A stretch of 64,000 nucleotides of DNA from an uncultured Planctomycetaceae bacterium. Lineage in GTDB: Bacteria > Planctomycetota > Planctomycetia > Planctomycetales > Planctomycetaceae. The DNA lies in NCBI GenBank assembly GCA_963813715.1, contig CAWFAK010000009.1, positions 576,001 through 640,000 of the forward strand. Direction: 5' to 3'. Position numbers and translations under genes: made by a program. Of this stretch, positions 31,823 through 43,708 are shown piece by piece (the first letter of the stretch is position 1; every line of letters starts with the position of its first letter). The notes under the pieces were generated by a model that was not told where the DNA came from, did no database searches, and worked only from the letters and a program-made list of their open reading frames with translations.

Positions 31823-33392
31823 TCAGCCCTGCGTCCACGTGCCGTCCACGAGGCGCCACATCCGGCCCGTGGGATTGGCGTCGCGAAGGGCCGGTGGCAA
31901 CCGATGTGGCCGCACGTTGTCGTAGCATTCCAGGGCCGCGAACCGATGAATCGCGGCAGGAATGCCGACCGCCGTAAAACCCGCATGGCCCGTCGCGGGA
32001 AACGGACCACCATGATTCATGGCCGGGCTGACCGCGACGCCCGTCGGCATCTTGTCGTTGAGCAGCCGCCCGACCCTGGCGCGAACCAGCGGGGCCAGCC
32101 GATCGTAGAGCGCGTCGTCCTCACCGCCGCGATGGCTGTAGATGCAGCCGGTGAGATTGCCCTCGAGCTTGGCGGCGATTTGCAGCAGTTGCTCGGCATC
32201 CTCGGCGACGACGAACAGCGATTCGTTGCCGAACGCCTCCGTCTGCAGCGCCTCGGCGTTCGCCAGGAACGTGCGACCGTCGACTCTCAGGAGTGTGTTT
32301 TGGCAACGGATCGCGGCGCCGCTTTCCGCCTGTCCGCCAGCGACGATCTTGGCGCCGGCCGCGACGATCGCGCGAACCGAATCGACCAGATTGCGACGCA
32401 CGCCTTCGCCCAGCAACGTGCCGCCGGGCGCCTGGGCAAACCGCTCTTTCACGGCCGCCACAAACGCCTCGGTCGTCTCGCCGGCGACGAGCGCGACCAG
32501 CCCGGGGTTTGTACAGAACTGCCCGGTGCCAGCCAGGCAGCTCGTGGCGAACTCTTGCGCTACGTCGGGCAAACGCTCCGTCAGCGCGCCGGGAGGATAA
32601 ACACCGGGTTGATGCTGGAAAGTTCGAGATAGATCGGTTTCCCGCGCGATCGGCGGCCTCTTTCAGTCGCAGTCCCGCGTGCCGCGAACCGGTGTAGCCG
32701 GTGGCGCCGAGCAGCGGATGGGAGACGAACCGCTCGCCGTCCGTGTGCGACGTGCGATAGATCAATTGCACGAAGCCGGCCGGCATATCCGTCTCGAGCG
32801 CCGCCTGGTGTGACTCCTCGGCGAGCAAGCGCGAAGTTCCCGGATGCGACGTGTGCCCCTTGGCGATCACCGGATTGCCGGCAGCCACGGCGGCGGCAAA
32901 ATCTCCACCCGCTGCGCCGTTGAAGGCGAAGGGAAAATTGTTCGGGCCGAAGACGACCACTGGGCCGACCGGCGCAAACATCGAGCGGATGTTGGCCTTG
33001 GTATCGATCGTGGCCTGCACCCACGAGCCGTCGCGCGCCGCGGCAGCCGCCTGCCGCAGCTGATTGATCGTTCGCGGCAGCTCGACCGATTTCAAACGGG
33101 GCTCGACCGGCAACGCCGTTTCGGCGTGGGCCATCGCAATCAGCTCTTCCGCGCGTCGTTCGAGCCGGCCGGCAAAGGCGTCGAGAAAGGTGGCAAACCG
33201 TTCGCCGGGCCAGCCGCGGACGCGCCAAGCGGCGGCCGACGCAGCCTGCAAGGCCCGCTCGACCTCGCTCCAAGGACTGATCGGATAATCGCCCGGGAGT
33301 GTTTGACCCGTCTGCGGATTAACGGCTTGAAACGTTTCCCGCCCCTGCGACTCGGTCCAAGTCCCGTCGATCAGCACTTTTTCGGCGTTCAT
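31823..33392 (-). CDS. NADP-dependent aldehyde dehydrogenase, alpha-ketoglutaric semialdehyde dehydrogenase type; frameshifts near 32640 and 32590
   Basis: FGPNNFPFAF, GGDFAAA, YTGS, ELSSINP, GQFCTNPG, MPTGVAVSPAMNHGGPFPAT. Confidence 0.9.
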
Positions 33393-33667
33393 CGTTGTCT
33401 CCCGGCTGGCTTAGGCTCGCTCTTAGATTAGTGCGAACATCCGTCCGCGGTCCAATGTCCGTCCGTAGCACCGAAAAACTGCAGTCTGCTTTCCCACCGC
33501 GAAGATGGACCCGCCGCGGCCAGGTTTACCGCTTGGGTCGATTCGTTTGGATCGGCCCGGCGGCGACGAATCCTCGCGGGGCTGGCGGTCCAGACCCGTT
33601 CTTGCCACAATCGACCGGCTCCTGAAACAGGCGAGGCCCGACCGCGGGCCGTCCGCGAAAGCCACCG

Positions 33668-34307
33668 ATGTCCAAGCGATATATCATCACGTTGATGGCG
33701 GCCAACCGAGTCGGAATTCTTGCCGCCGTAACGACGTCTTTGGCCGAGCTCGGAGGCGATATTCAGGAAGTCAGCCAGACCGTGATGCAGCGGTTCTTCA
33801 CCATCATCATGTCGGCCGAGTTCCCCGAGCATCGCGATCCGTCGGTCATCATCGATCACATCCGCGGCGTATGCCGGCCCTTCGGCGTCGAGGTGAATCT
33901 CAAAGATCCGAAAGCGGAAACACTGCAGGAATTGCCGAACGAAGGCACGGAGAAATACTTCCTCACCGCCGAAGGCGAAGACAAGCCGGGGATGATCCGG
34001 CAGATTTCGGCGCGGCTCGCGCAGGAGGAGATCGACATCACCGACGTCTTTGCCCGGCGCGCGGAGAATGGCAAGACGTTCGTAATGGTAATGGAGCTGG
34101 CCGTGCCCAACGGCGTCGATGCCCTGGCGCTGACAGCGCGAGCTGGAGCAATTGGGCAGCGCGGTCGGCCTGTCGGCGGCCCTGCAGCACGAAGACATTT
34201 TCAGCGCGACCAACGATCCGCGTCCCGTCCGGTTGTCGATGCGGCTTCGCCGCACGATGACGACGAAGGTGGATTCGGTCCGGATGCAACAACCGCTGGG
34301 GACCTGA
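33668..34307 (+). CDS. Tandem ACT-domain protein (GcvR-like); frameshift near 34133
   Basis: NRVGILAAVT...IQEVSQT and EDKPGMIRQIS ACT repeats; C-terminus LQHEDIF in a shifted frame. Confidence 0.8.
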
Positions 34308-34428
34308 CGCTGGGAACCTGAGCACCGTCGCATATCGGCCCGCTCGTCCGCCGTCCGGAGGAGTGCGGCGATCCTTTCTCGAATTGATCACCTCTCGACC
34401 CTTTTTGCCCCGAGGCTCAATACTGACC

Positions 34429-35803
34429 ATGTCGCAGACGGAAGACATCCTTTCCACCCTTCGCATGGTCAAGCAGGAGAACCTCGACGTCCGCACGGTG
34501 ACGATGGGCATCAACCTGTGCGGCTGCGTCGACCGGGATCCGGGCAAAACCTGCGAGCTGATCGCCATGACGATCCGCTCGGCCGCTTCCAAGCTCAAGG
34601 AGACGTGCGCGCACGTCTCGGCCCGTTACGGCATCCCGATTGCCAATCGGCGGTTGGCCGTCACGCCCATCGCCCGTATTGCCGACGGCCTGGAGACCGA
34701 CGCACTCATCCGCGTCGCCAAAACGCTGGACGAATCGGCCGAGGCCGTGCAGGTCGACCTGATTGGCGGCTACTCGGCTCTGGTGCATGCCGGGAATGAC
34801 GGCCGGTGCCATCAGGCTGATCGAGAGTCTGCCCGCCGTCTTGTCGACGACGCAGCGCGTCTGCGCGTCCGTGAATGCCGCCTCGACCAAGGCCGGCATC
34901 AATATGACGGCTGTCGCGTTACTGGGGCGCAAGATCGTCGAAATCTCGCAGGCAACGGCCGACCGCAACGGCTTCGGCTGCGCGAAGCTCTGCATCTTCG
35001 CCAACGCACCGGACAACAATCCGTTCATGGCCGGCGGCTTCCACGGCGAGGGCTCGCCCGACACGGTGATTCACATTGGCGTCAGCGGTCCGGGAGTCGT
35101 GAAGCGGGCGCTTGATCGCCTGCTCGATGCGGCCCCCGATTGCAAACTCAACGACATCGCGGAAGAGATCAAATCGACCGCCTTCCGCGTGACGCGCGTC
35201 GGCGAGCTGATCGGCCGCGAAGTGGCCGAACGCCTGGGCGTGCCGTTCGGCATCGTCGACCTGTCGCTCGCCCCGGCTCCCAAGATCGGGGACAGCGTGG
35301 GCGAAATCCTGCACCTGATCGGGCTCGACAAGCTGGGGGCGCCAGGCAGCACCGCGGCCGTGGCCATGCTGAACGATGCGGTGAAAAAGGGCGGGCTGTT
35401 CGCCTCATCCTCGGTCGGCGGCCTGTCCGGAGCCTTTCTGCCGATCACGGAGGACGAAGCGTTGGCACGTGCTGCCACCGAGGGAACGCTCAGCCTGGAA
35501 AAGCTCGAGGCGATGACCAGCGTCTGCTCGCTGGGGCTCGATATGGTCCCCATTCCCGGCGACACCGACGCCGATACCATCGCCGCCTTGATGGCGGACG
35601 AGTTGGCGATCGGGGTCTTCAACAACAAGACAACGGCCACTCGGCTGATCCCCGTCCCCGGCAAGAAAGGGGGCGACACTGTTTCCTTCGGTGGCCTGTT
35701 CGGCGAAGGTCCGGTAATGGCGATCAACTCGGTCGGCCAAAGCAGCCGCTTCGTCCGCCACGCGGGTCGCATTCCGGCGCCCCTGTTAAGCCTCCGCAAT
35801 TAA
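34429..35803 (+). CDS. DUF711/UPF0210 ('PFL family') protein; frameshift near 34790
   Basis: LDVRTVTMGINL, DNNPFMAG, GVSGPGVV, GIVDLSLAP, EAMTSVCSLGLDM, IPAPLLSLRN. Confidence 0.9.
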
Positions 35804-35956
35804 CGGAGCGCCTGCAAACCGCTGATCGCCGACAGGCGGCGGAATCTCTTTGCTGGCCCGTGCGTTCGCCGCCCCTCTTGGTTTAGACTGGGGAAAGCTA
35901 CCCACGCCCGCCAGTTTGCACTCCTGCCTTCACTCCAGCCACTGATCGGATGCCGC

Positions 35957-38398
35957 ATGTCTCGCCTGGTTGTTCGCGGATCGGCGTGTCTGTTCCTCTT
36001 TGCTCTCGCTGCCACATCCGCCCGCGCGGCGGACCCGGTCGACCTGACGCATGCCACGGTTGTCATTCAAAGCGGCAACCTGCCCGCGGCGGAGAAGATC
36101 GCGCCGGTCATTCTCGCTGAGGAAATCGCCAAACGTTCCGGCGTTTCCTGGCCGATCGCCACGCGTTGGCCGGCATCCGGAAAGAACTCGGCCGTGATCG
36201 CCATTTGCGGCACCTCGATTCCCGCCGCTTGGGCCACTCACCTGCCCATCGAGCTGCTGGCCGATTTGAAATCGCAGTCGCGCAAGGCCGAGGGTTTCCA
36301 CATCCGCGCCTGCCGGCTGAGGGCACGCGGCCGGCGACGGTTTTGGTCGTCGGCAACGACTCGCGGGCGCGATGTTCGGCGCTGGCAAACTCTTGCGAAG
36401 TCTTGAGTGGGACAGCCGCACAGTCCGTCTGCCCGCCGACTTTTCGGTCGATCTCGCGCCCGATCGCGAAATCCGCGGACATCAGATCGGCTATCGGCCC
36501 ACGGCCAACAGTTACGACGCGTGGTCGCTCGAGCAGCTCGAACAGTATTTCCGCGACATGGTCATTTTCGGGGCCAACGCGGTCGAGAGCATTCCGCTCC
36601 ACGAGCGTCCTTCGCCGCTAATGAAGTACAGCCGTGAGCTGGTCAACACGAAGTTCGGCGAGCTGTGCGAGAAATACGATCTCGATCACTGGGCCTGGAT
36701 CCCGCTCGAGCTGATTCTACCCAGTCCCGAAAAAGAGGCCGCCTTCCTCGCCAAGCAAGAGGCCTTCTTCAAGTCGTGCCGACGGCTCGACGCCGTGTTC
36801 CTGCCCGGCGGCGATCCGGGCGACAACCACACGAAGGAACTGATGCCCTACGCCGAGCGGATGGCAGCCCTGTTGCGGAAGTATCACCCCAAGGCCACGG
36901 TCTGGATTTCGCTGCAGCGTTTCTCCGACGCCGACACCAGCGAGTTCTTCCAGTACCTGGCGACGAAAAAGCCCGACTGGTACGGCGGCACGGTGATGGG
37001 CCCCAGCAGCGCGTCGATGGAGTTCACTCGTCAGAGCACGCCGAAGCGATACAAGGTCCGCTGGTATCCGGACATCACCCACATCGTCCGCTGCCAGTAT
37101 CCGATTCCCTGGCTCGATACGGCGTGGGGCGTGACCCTGGGTCGCGAAGGGGTAAACCCGCGGCCCGTTGATTACGCGGCGATCTACCAGAACGACTACC
37201 GTTTCACCGACGGCTTTCTCTCCTACTCCGACGGCATTCACGACGACTTCAACAAGTGCCTGTGGAGCCAGCTGGCGTGGCAGCCCGACATCTCACCCGC
37301 GCGGTCGCGGTCGAATATGCCCGTTACTTCTTCCGATCCGATCTGGCCCAGGCCGGAGCGGACGGCATGCTGGCGCTCGAGACGAACTTGCGCGGCGGCA
37401 TCGCCGCGAACGGGTCGATCGATGGCACGCTGCTCCAGTGGCAAGCGCTCGAGCGAAAGTTAACGGGCACCCACGTCAACTGGCGGTTTGCCCTGCACCT
37501 GTTCCGCGCATACTACGATGCCTACACGCGGCAGCGGGCGATTTATGAACAGGACCTCGAACAGCAGGCGCTCGCCAAACTGGGCGAGGCGCCGCGGATC
37601 GGCCCGACGGCCGCGCTGGCGGGCGCTCGCGAAATCTTGAACCGCGCCATTTCTCAGCCGCAGCGCACCGAGTGGCACAAGCACATCGAGATGCTGGCCC
37701 AGCAGCTGTTCGACGTCATTGGCCTGCAGACGAGCGTCCCGAAGTACCAGGCCAGCGGCTACGAACGCGGCTGCTCGCTCGACTTCATCGACTATCCGCT
37801 CAACGACCGCTGGTGGCTCAAGGATCAGTTCGACAAGATCGCGAAACTCTCGGGCCGCACCACGCAATTGGAGCGGATCGACACGATCCGAAATTGGGAG
37901 AATCCGGGCGAAGGCGGCTTCTACGACATTATTGGCGATGTGTCTCGCTCGCCGCACATCCCCAAGCTCTTCAATGCGGGCGACGCGATGCTGCACTTTC
38001 GCGACCTGCCGATGCCGACTGAACGCTGGATGCGCGAGAAGCCGCGGGCCGTCCGTTTCGCCTGGCACCAGTACCTCAACACGATCCCCGCCGGGATCAC
38101 GTACGTCGGCCTCGATCCGCAGGCGCATTACACCGTCAAGCTCTTCGCGCAGGGTGCCTCGCCGCTCCTCATCGACGGCGAACGGGCACGCCTGATCCAC
38201 AAAGGAGAGAAATACGACGAGGTGACCGAGCAGGAATTCGACGTGCCCGCGACCGCTGTCAAGGACGGCCGCATCGTCCTCAATTGGGCCAAAATCGATC
38301 AGAGCCAATTGAACTGGCGGCAACACCACTACGTGACGGACATTTGGGTGATCCGCCACAAGCCGACGACCCAAGTCGCCGGTTCGTCATCGAAATGA
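35957..38398 (+). CDS. Large secreted protein with GH20/GH67-like N-terminal domain (putative glycoside hydrolase); several frameshifts (about 36310, 36370, 37300)
   Basis: Signal peptide ...SARA; EGFHIR..VVGND..FGAGKLLR pattern followed by IRGHQIGYR. Confidence 0.6.
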
Positions 38399-39174
38399 CT
38401 GAGCCCGACGCTCGCATTCACGCCCAGGCGGCGGTCGGTTTCGGCCGCGCGGCCGACGCGTACGAACGCGGGCGACCGGACTATCCGGCAGAGGCCATCG
38501 CGCACTTGCTGGCCGTACTGAACGTCACCGCGAGTTCACGCGTCGTTGAGCTGGGAGCCGGAACGGGAAAATTCACGACGCACCTGACGGCAAGCGGGGC
38601 GCACGTCGTCGCCGTCGAGCCCGTGCCCAACATGCGGGCTCGGTTGAGTGCACGCCTGCCTAGCGTGCAAGTCCTCGACGGAACGGCCGAGGCGATCCCG
38701 CTGGCCGATCAAAGCGTCGATGCGGTGTTCGCGGCCCAGGCGTTTCACTGGTTCGCCGCCGATCGCGCGCTCGCGGAGATTTCTCGCGTCCTCAAGCCGG
38801 GCGGCGGACTCGGCTTGATTTGGAATGTCCGCGACGAAGCGCTCCTTTGGGTCCGCAAGCTGACGGCCATCCTCGATCCGCACGAGGCGGGCACACCGCG
38901 CTATCGAACGCTGGAATGGAAGGCCGCCTTTCGACAGTCCGACCAGCTGAGTCCGCTGGAATCGCAGGCGTTCCCGCACGTGCCACAGCTGACACCGAGC
39001 GCGCTCGTCGACCGAGTGGCGTCGATCAGCTTTATCGCGGCGATGCCCGAAGCCGAGCGCGCTCACGTGCTCGCCCAAGTCCGCGCGTTGCTCGAGACTG
39101 ATCCGGCCCTCGCCGGGCGCGAACACTTTGAGATGCCCTACGAGACGCGCACGTATTGGTGCCGCCGGCTCTGA
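38395..39174 (+). CDS. Class I SAM-dependent methyltransferase
   Basis: YERGRPDYP, VELGAGTGKFT, AQAFHWF, RVLKPGG; ATGA overlap with the upstream gene. Confidence 0.92.
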   Translation: MTEPDARIHAQAAVGFGRAADAYERGRPDYPAEAIAHLLAVLNVTASSRVVELGAGTGKFTTHLTASGAHVVAVEPVPNMRARLSARLPSVQVLDGTAEAIPLADQSVDAVFAAQAFHWFAADRALAEISRVLKPGGGLGLIWNVRDEALLWVRKLTAILDPHEAGTPRYRTLEWKAAFRQSDQLSPLESQAFPHVPQLTPSALVDRVASISFIAAMPEAERAHVLAQVRALLETDPALAGREHFEMPYETRTYWCRRL

Positions 39175-39222
39175 TCGAGCGTCTTCTGATCGCAGCGGAC
39201 GGCGTACAGGACACTCGCTGTA

Positions 39223-39276
39223 TCACGCGCGGCAGAATTGGGACTGCCGCGTCACGCGCGGCAAAACTGAGACTGC
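39223..39276. repeat. Imperfect 25-bp direct repeat (29-bp period) duplicating the last codons of the gene
   Basis: tcacgcgcggcagaattgggactgc versus tcacgcgcggcaaaactgagactgc; both encode QSQFCRA* on the minus strand. Confidence 0.85.
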
Positions 39277-40521
39277 GCCGGCGCGGTACGTGACGTCGAG
39301 ATGCGGCGTCTCCAGCCGGCTGTGTCCGGCGACTTTGGAGTCGAGGCAGCTTTCGAGAATTCCGCAAACGATCTGCGTCCGCTCGACCGGATAGGGCGCC
39401 ACGCCGGTCGCAAACATCTCCTCGATCTTGGAACCCAAGGAAGCGGAATAGGTGACGTTCGGCGTCGGCGTGAGGAAGAACTGCGTCGAAAGTACGTCGG
39501 TCGACCCCTTGAGCCGGCAGGCAAACGTGTAGTCGGCGACGGCGCCGTTGAGCATGAGCAAGGTCGTCCGCGTTCCGTCGCGGCGTTCGATGAAGTAGGC
39601 CGCCGGTTGCGGCACGATCTTTGGCAGCACGCCGCTGCCGACCAGATCCTGCGGCCGTGCGTCTTCCGTCGTCTTGCCCAGGATTTTGTCGGAGCGGGAA
39701 AGGGCCGCCTCCAGCAGGCACTTGGAATAGCGTCCCTGCTCGCCCGCTTGCCACACGGCCGGTCCTTCGATCAGTTGCACCGACTTGATGCCCGTCTCGC
39801 CGCCGCGTCGGCGTTCGACCATGCACTGCATGGCCTCGAGCGCGTGGTAGTCCATCGGATCGGAGGAGCCGACGCCGACCATCAGAGCCTCGTCGATCTC
39901 GCACTCGAGCGGCAGCTCCAACTCGGGGAGCCGCCAGGTTACCGGCAGCGACGAACCGGCGAGCATCGGGAACTTGAGCCGCTTCGAATCGGCCACCATT
40001 TCCGACGCTTTGCGGAAGCTATAGGACAGGTGCTTGTCGTTATAGACGGGGACCGCCCGGGCGTCGCGCTCGAAGACCTCCACGCACTGCTTGAAGAACT
40101 CGTACCGCGGGTAGAGGATTTGGCCCTTGGCGTTGTGCGGATAATCGCCGTGCTCGCCCACGATCAGCACGGCATCGACGGCCAGTTTGTCGCCGCCGCA
40201 GCGGAGCGCCTGCGCGATTGTCGGGTAGACGGTGAAGCCAAAACTGCGGGCCCGCTCGCCGCTCAAGTCACCGACTGGCTTTTGATCGACGTACGCGGAG
40301 ACGATCTGCATGTTGGGCCGATGCCAGTGCCCCTCTTGCGGATAGCCGACCAGGAACCGGTCGCCGATATGCTGCGTATGCGATTGGTAGAACCAGACGG
40401 TCGACACGAGCGCGATGCGTTTGGGTTTCGCGGCGCCGGCAGCAAGCGCTGCCGGGCTGAGGCCGGCGAGCGCAATGGCCGAGCCGGACGTCGCGAGAAA
40501 TTCTCGACGAGAAACCATCAC
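39223..40521 (-). CDS. Tat-signal hypothetical protein, divergent Gfo/Idh/MocA-like (paralog 1); true stop probably at 39252
   Basis: SRREFL; AVDAVLIVGEHGDYP, VYNDKHLS, AGSSLP, YHALEAMQCMVERR. Confidence 0.8.
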   Translation of the reverse strand: MMVSRREFLATSGSAIALAGLSPAALAAGAAKPKRIALVSTVWFYQSHTQHIGDRFLVGYPQEGHWHRPNMQIVSAYVDQKPVGDLSGERARSFGFTVYPTIAQALRCGGDKLAVDAVLIVGEHGDYPHNAKGQILYPRYEFFKQCVEVFERDARAVPVYNDKHLSYSFRKASEMVADSKRLKFPMLAGSSLPVTWRLPELELPLECEIDEALMVGVGSSDPMDYHALEAMQCMVERRRGGETGIKSVQLIEGPAVWQAGEQGRYSKCLLEAALSRSDKILGKTTEDARPQDLVGSGVLPKIVPQPAAYFIERRDGTRTTLLMLNGAVADYTFACRLKGSTDVLSTQFFLTPTPNVTYSASLGSKIEEMFATGVAPYPVERTQIVCGILESCLDSKVAGHSRLETPHLDVTYRAGAVSVLPRVTRQSQFCRA

Positions 40522-41788
40522 GTTCTCCAAAAGGTCGATTCGTCGCCCACCCGGTAAGCAACCGCCAGGTGCGGCGTCTCGATCCGCTTCTGCCCCTGCC
40601 AGAGCGATTCGACGCCGGCCGCCGTCAACCCGGTGGTCAACAGCGTCCGCTCGAGGGGCCGCGGGCTCCGGCCGGTGAGGAACATCGTCTCGGCCTGATG
40701 CGCCAGCGGGCTGAAGAAGTTGCACACGTCGCGATGGGGCAGATACATCAAGCAGGACAAGATTTCCTTTGACCCCTTGAGGCGCGCCGCGAACGTCATG
40801 TCACTGACGAGGCCGTTGAGCAAGAGCATGGTGGCTTTGAGGCCGTCGCGATATTCGATGCGGTAGGCAACGGGCGTTTTCACCAGTTTGCGAACGTCGG
40901 CGTCGCTGGGATAAATGTCGCTGTAACCGGAACGCGCGGAACCGAGCTGGATACTGCGGCACAAGCAGGCGGAGAAGAGGCGCGAATCCCAGCCGCCGGC
41001 CTGCCACGATCCGGCGCTCATCCGTTTCCATACGTCGTCCCCGCGGATCGCTTGCACGGCCGCCACGCCCGTCTCGCCGCCGTGGCGCCGCTCGACCATG
41101 CACTGAATCGTTTCGAGCACGTGAAAGTCGTAGCTGTCGACGGCGCCATAGCCGATCGCCATCACTTCGGTGGGAGACTCGTTGTACGGAAAGTCGATGG
41201 CCGGAAGCCTCCGAGTGACCGGCAGAGACGACCCAGCCATCAATGGAAAGCCGAGCGCTCGCGACGTTGCGACCATCTCGCGCGCGTGGTCCCAGCTCCA
41301 CGAGAGGTGTTTGTCGTTGAAGATCGGAACGCTTCGCCCGCTTTTGCGGAACACATCGATGATCTGCGTGAAGAACTCATAGCGCGGATAAAGGGTCTGC
41401 CCCTTTTCGTTGCGCGGATACGTCCCGTGCTCGCCGATAAGCAAGATGCCGTCGACGCTGAGGGTGCGGCCTCCGTCCGTCAGCGCGTCGGCAATCGTCG
41501 GAGCCAGCCGCATCTGGGGAAACTCGGCAGGCGCGAGCGGCTGAGATCGCTCGCGGGCCGCTGGTCGACATAGAGCGCGACGACGTCGGCCTCGGGCTTG
41601 TGGTGCCGGCCTTCCCAGCCGTAACCAAACAAGAAGCGGTCGACGATGTGCTGCGCGTGGGAGAACTTGCGGTACTCGGTGACGACGGCAGCCAAACGGG
41701 GGCGGGTGGTAGGGCGGAGGCTCAAATTTCGGCTCGGAATTTGCAGATTCGGTGGGTGGCTTCGTGTGCCGGGGGGAAATCCCATCAT
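40518..41788 (-). CDS. Hypothetical protein, paralog 2 of the adjacent gene; frameshift near 41530, start uncertain
   Basis: SHAQHIVDRFLFGY, VDGILLIGEHGTYP, IFNDKHLS, AGSSLP; its stop overlaps the start of paralog 1. Confidence 0.78.
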
Positions 41789-42047
41789 ACCGGCGCACCT
41801 GCCGGTCGCCGCAAGTCTGGCGGACCCCGTCGGTTTGAACGAAAAACGGGGCTCGCGGTGGGAGCGACCGCAGTGCTTCCTGCAACGCCAAGTCGAATCC
41901 GCAGGGTGGCGGGCGTACAATTAGGAGGGAGCAATGCCGGAACCAAGCAGTCATAATGGGGTGAGGTTGGCCGCGAACGGGTCGATTCGCACCGCGGCGA
42001 CGCATGTGCAGAATTTCCCCGGCCTTCTGTAAAAAGGGGAGCGAGAG

Positions 42048-43539
42048 ATGTTGCATCGGTGGAAGAGTTTGATGTTCGCCGCGATTGCCATGAGCTGCGC
42101 GGCCATGATGCTGCCCAGCAGCGCCGAAGCCCGCGGGGGCGGAGGCGGTGGTGGACGTGGTGGTGGAGGCGGCGGTGGTGGACGCGGCTTTAGCGGCGGC
42201 GGAGTGCGCGGGTTCTCCAGTGGGAGCGCCTTTCGCGGTGTTTCGCCCGGCGGCGGAAACTTCACGAGTCGCTCCGGCAACTGGAACGGCGGAAACTGGA
42301 ATGGCGGCTCCTGGCGCGGCGGCGGATGGAACCGCGGCGGATGGAACCGTGGATGGGGCTGGGGCGGCTGGGGCTGGGCGATTGGCTTAGGCTATTGGGG
42401 CTTCGGTGCACCCTATTGGTACGGCGGATACCCATTCTGGTACGACACGCTGGCTCCCGGCGCGTACGTGAATCCGTATTACACCAACTCTTACGATTAC
42501 GGTGGGTATGACTACGGTGCCCCGATCCCGCAGTCTCCGGCCCAAAGTCAGAATCAGCCCCCGCAGGACGATCCGCACTTCGCGGCGGCGCGGGCTGCCT
42601 TCTACGCTGGAAACTACCAAGAGGCGCTGCGCGAAATTACCCAGGCCATTGCCGATATGCCCGGCAGCGACGACGTTCACGAATTTCACGGCCTGGTCTC
42701 TGTTTGCGATGGGCGACTACCAGAAGGCGGCCGCCATCGCGCATACGACGCTCGACGCGGGACCCGGCTGGAACTGGAACGTCGTGCAGACCCTTTACCC
42801 GTCGGCCGACACCTATACGCAGCAGCTTCGCGGATTGGAGCACTACATTTCGGAGCATCCGAATCAGGCATCCACCCGCTTCCTGCTGGGTTACGAGTAC
42901 CTGACGCTGGGACACTTGAATGCCGCGCGGCGGCAGTTCGATCGAGTTGTAGCGCTCGAGCCGCGTGACCAGCTCGCCAAGAATATCGTGGCCGGCCTGG
43001 CGAAAGCTCCGGGCGTCACCGGTCAGCCTCAGGTCGGGTCCAACCCCACTGGTGGCACTAGCCCGTCGGGAACCACGGCCGGCGGCAATCCGAGTGGAAT
43101 GCCGAGCGGAACTCCTGGCGGAACGATGAAAGTGCCGCAGGGTCCTGGAACTCCGGGAGGACCGGGAATGAACGGTCCCAGCAATGCGAGCAACGGCCCG
43201 ACCATGCCCGCCACTCCTCCTCAGCCCTCGGCTCCGGCAGGGAACGGCCCGATTTCGGCTCAGGCGCTGAATGGCTCCTGGAAATCGAGCCCGGCTCCGG
43301 GCGTCACCATCGAAGCCACTCTGCAGGCCGACAAGCACTTCACTTGGAAGTTCACCGAAGGTGGACAGAACAAGAGCTTCAGCGGGACCTACACGCTGCA
43401 GGGGGACAACCTCGTGCTCACGCGGGACGAGGACGGCCAGAAGATGGACGGTACTGTCACGATGAGCGGGGACAAAGGCTTCCGGTTCCGCCTGCGGAAC
43501 ACGGATCCCAACGACCCCGGCTTGGAGTTCTCGAAATAG
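42048..43539 (+). CDS. Secreted protein: Gly/Trp/Tyr-rich low-complexity N-terminus, TPR repeats, Pro/Gly linker, C-terminal beta domain; frameshift near 42700
   Basis: Signal ...SAEA; AARAAFYAGNYQEALRE and RFLLGYEYLTLGHLNAARRQF TPR-like helices. Confidence 0.8.
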
Positions 43540-43602
43540 TTGAGTGTCAGGCCGGCGCCTCCCTAGGGCGCACTCTGACTGATTACAGTTTGTCGTCAAT
43601 GC

Positions 43603-43638
43603 GAGACGGGACGCACTTCGGGGCGTCCCGTCTTTTTT
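43603..43638 (+). terminator. Intrinsic terminator with cUUCGg loop
   Basis: AGACGGGACGC-aCTTCGGg-GCGTCCCGTCT followed by TTTTT. Confidence 0.88.
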
Positions 43639-43708
43639 GCTGCGCGGCGCGGCCCGCAGAATTTTTCCGAGCGATTGAGTCGGCCGTGCGAATGCCTTCT
43701 GGCACCGC

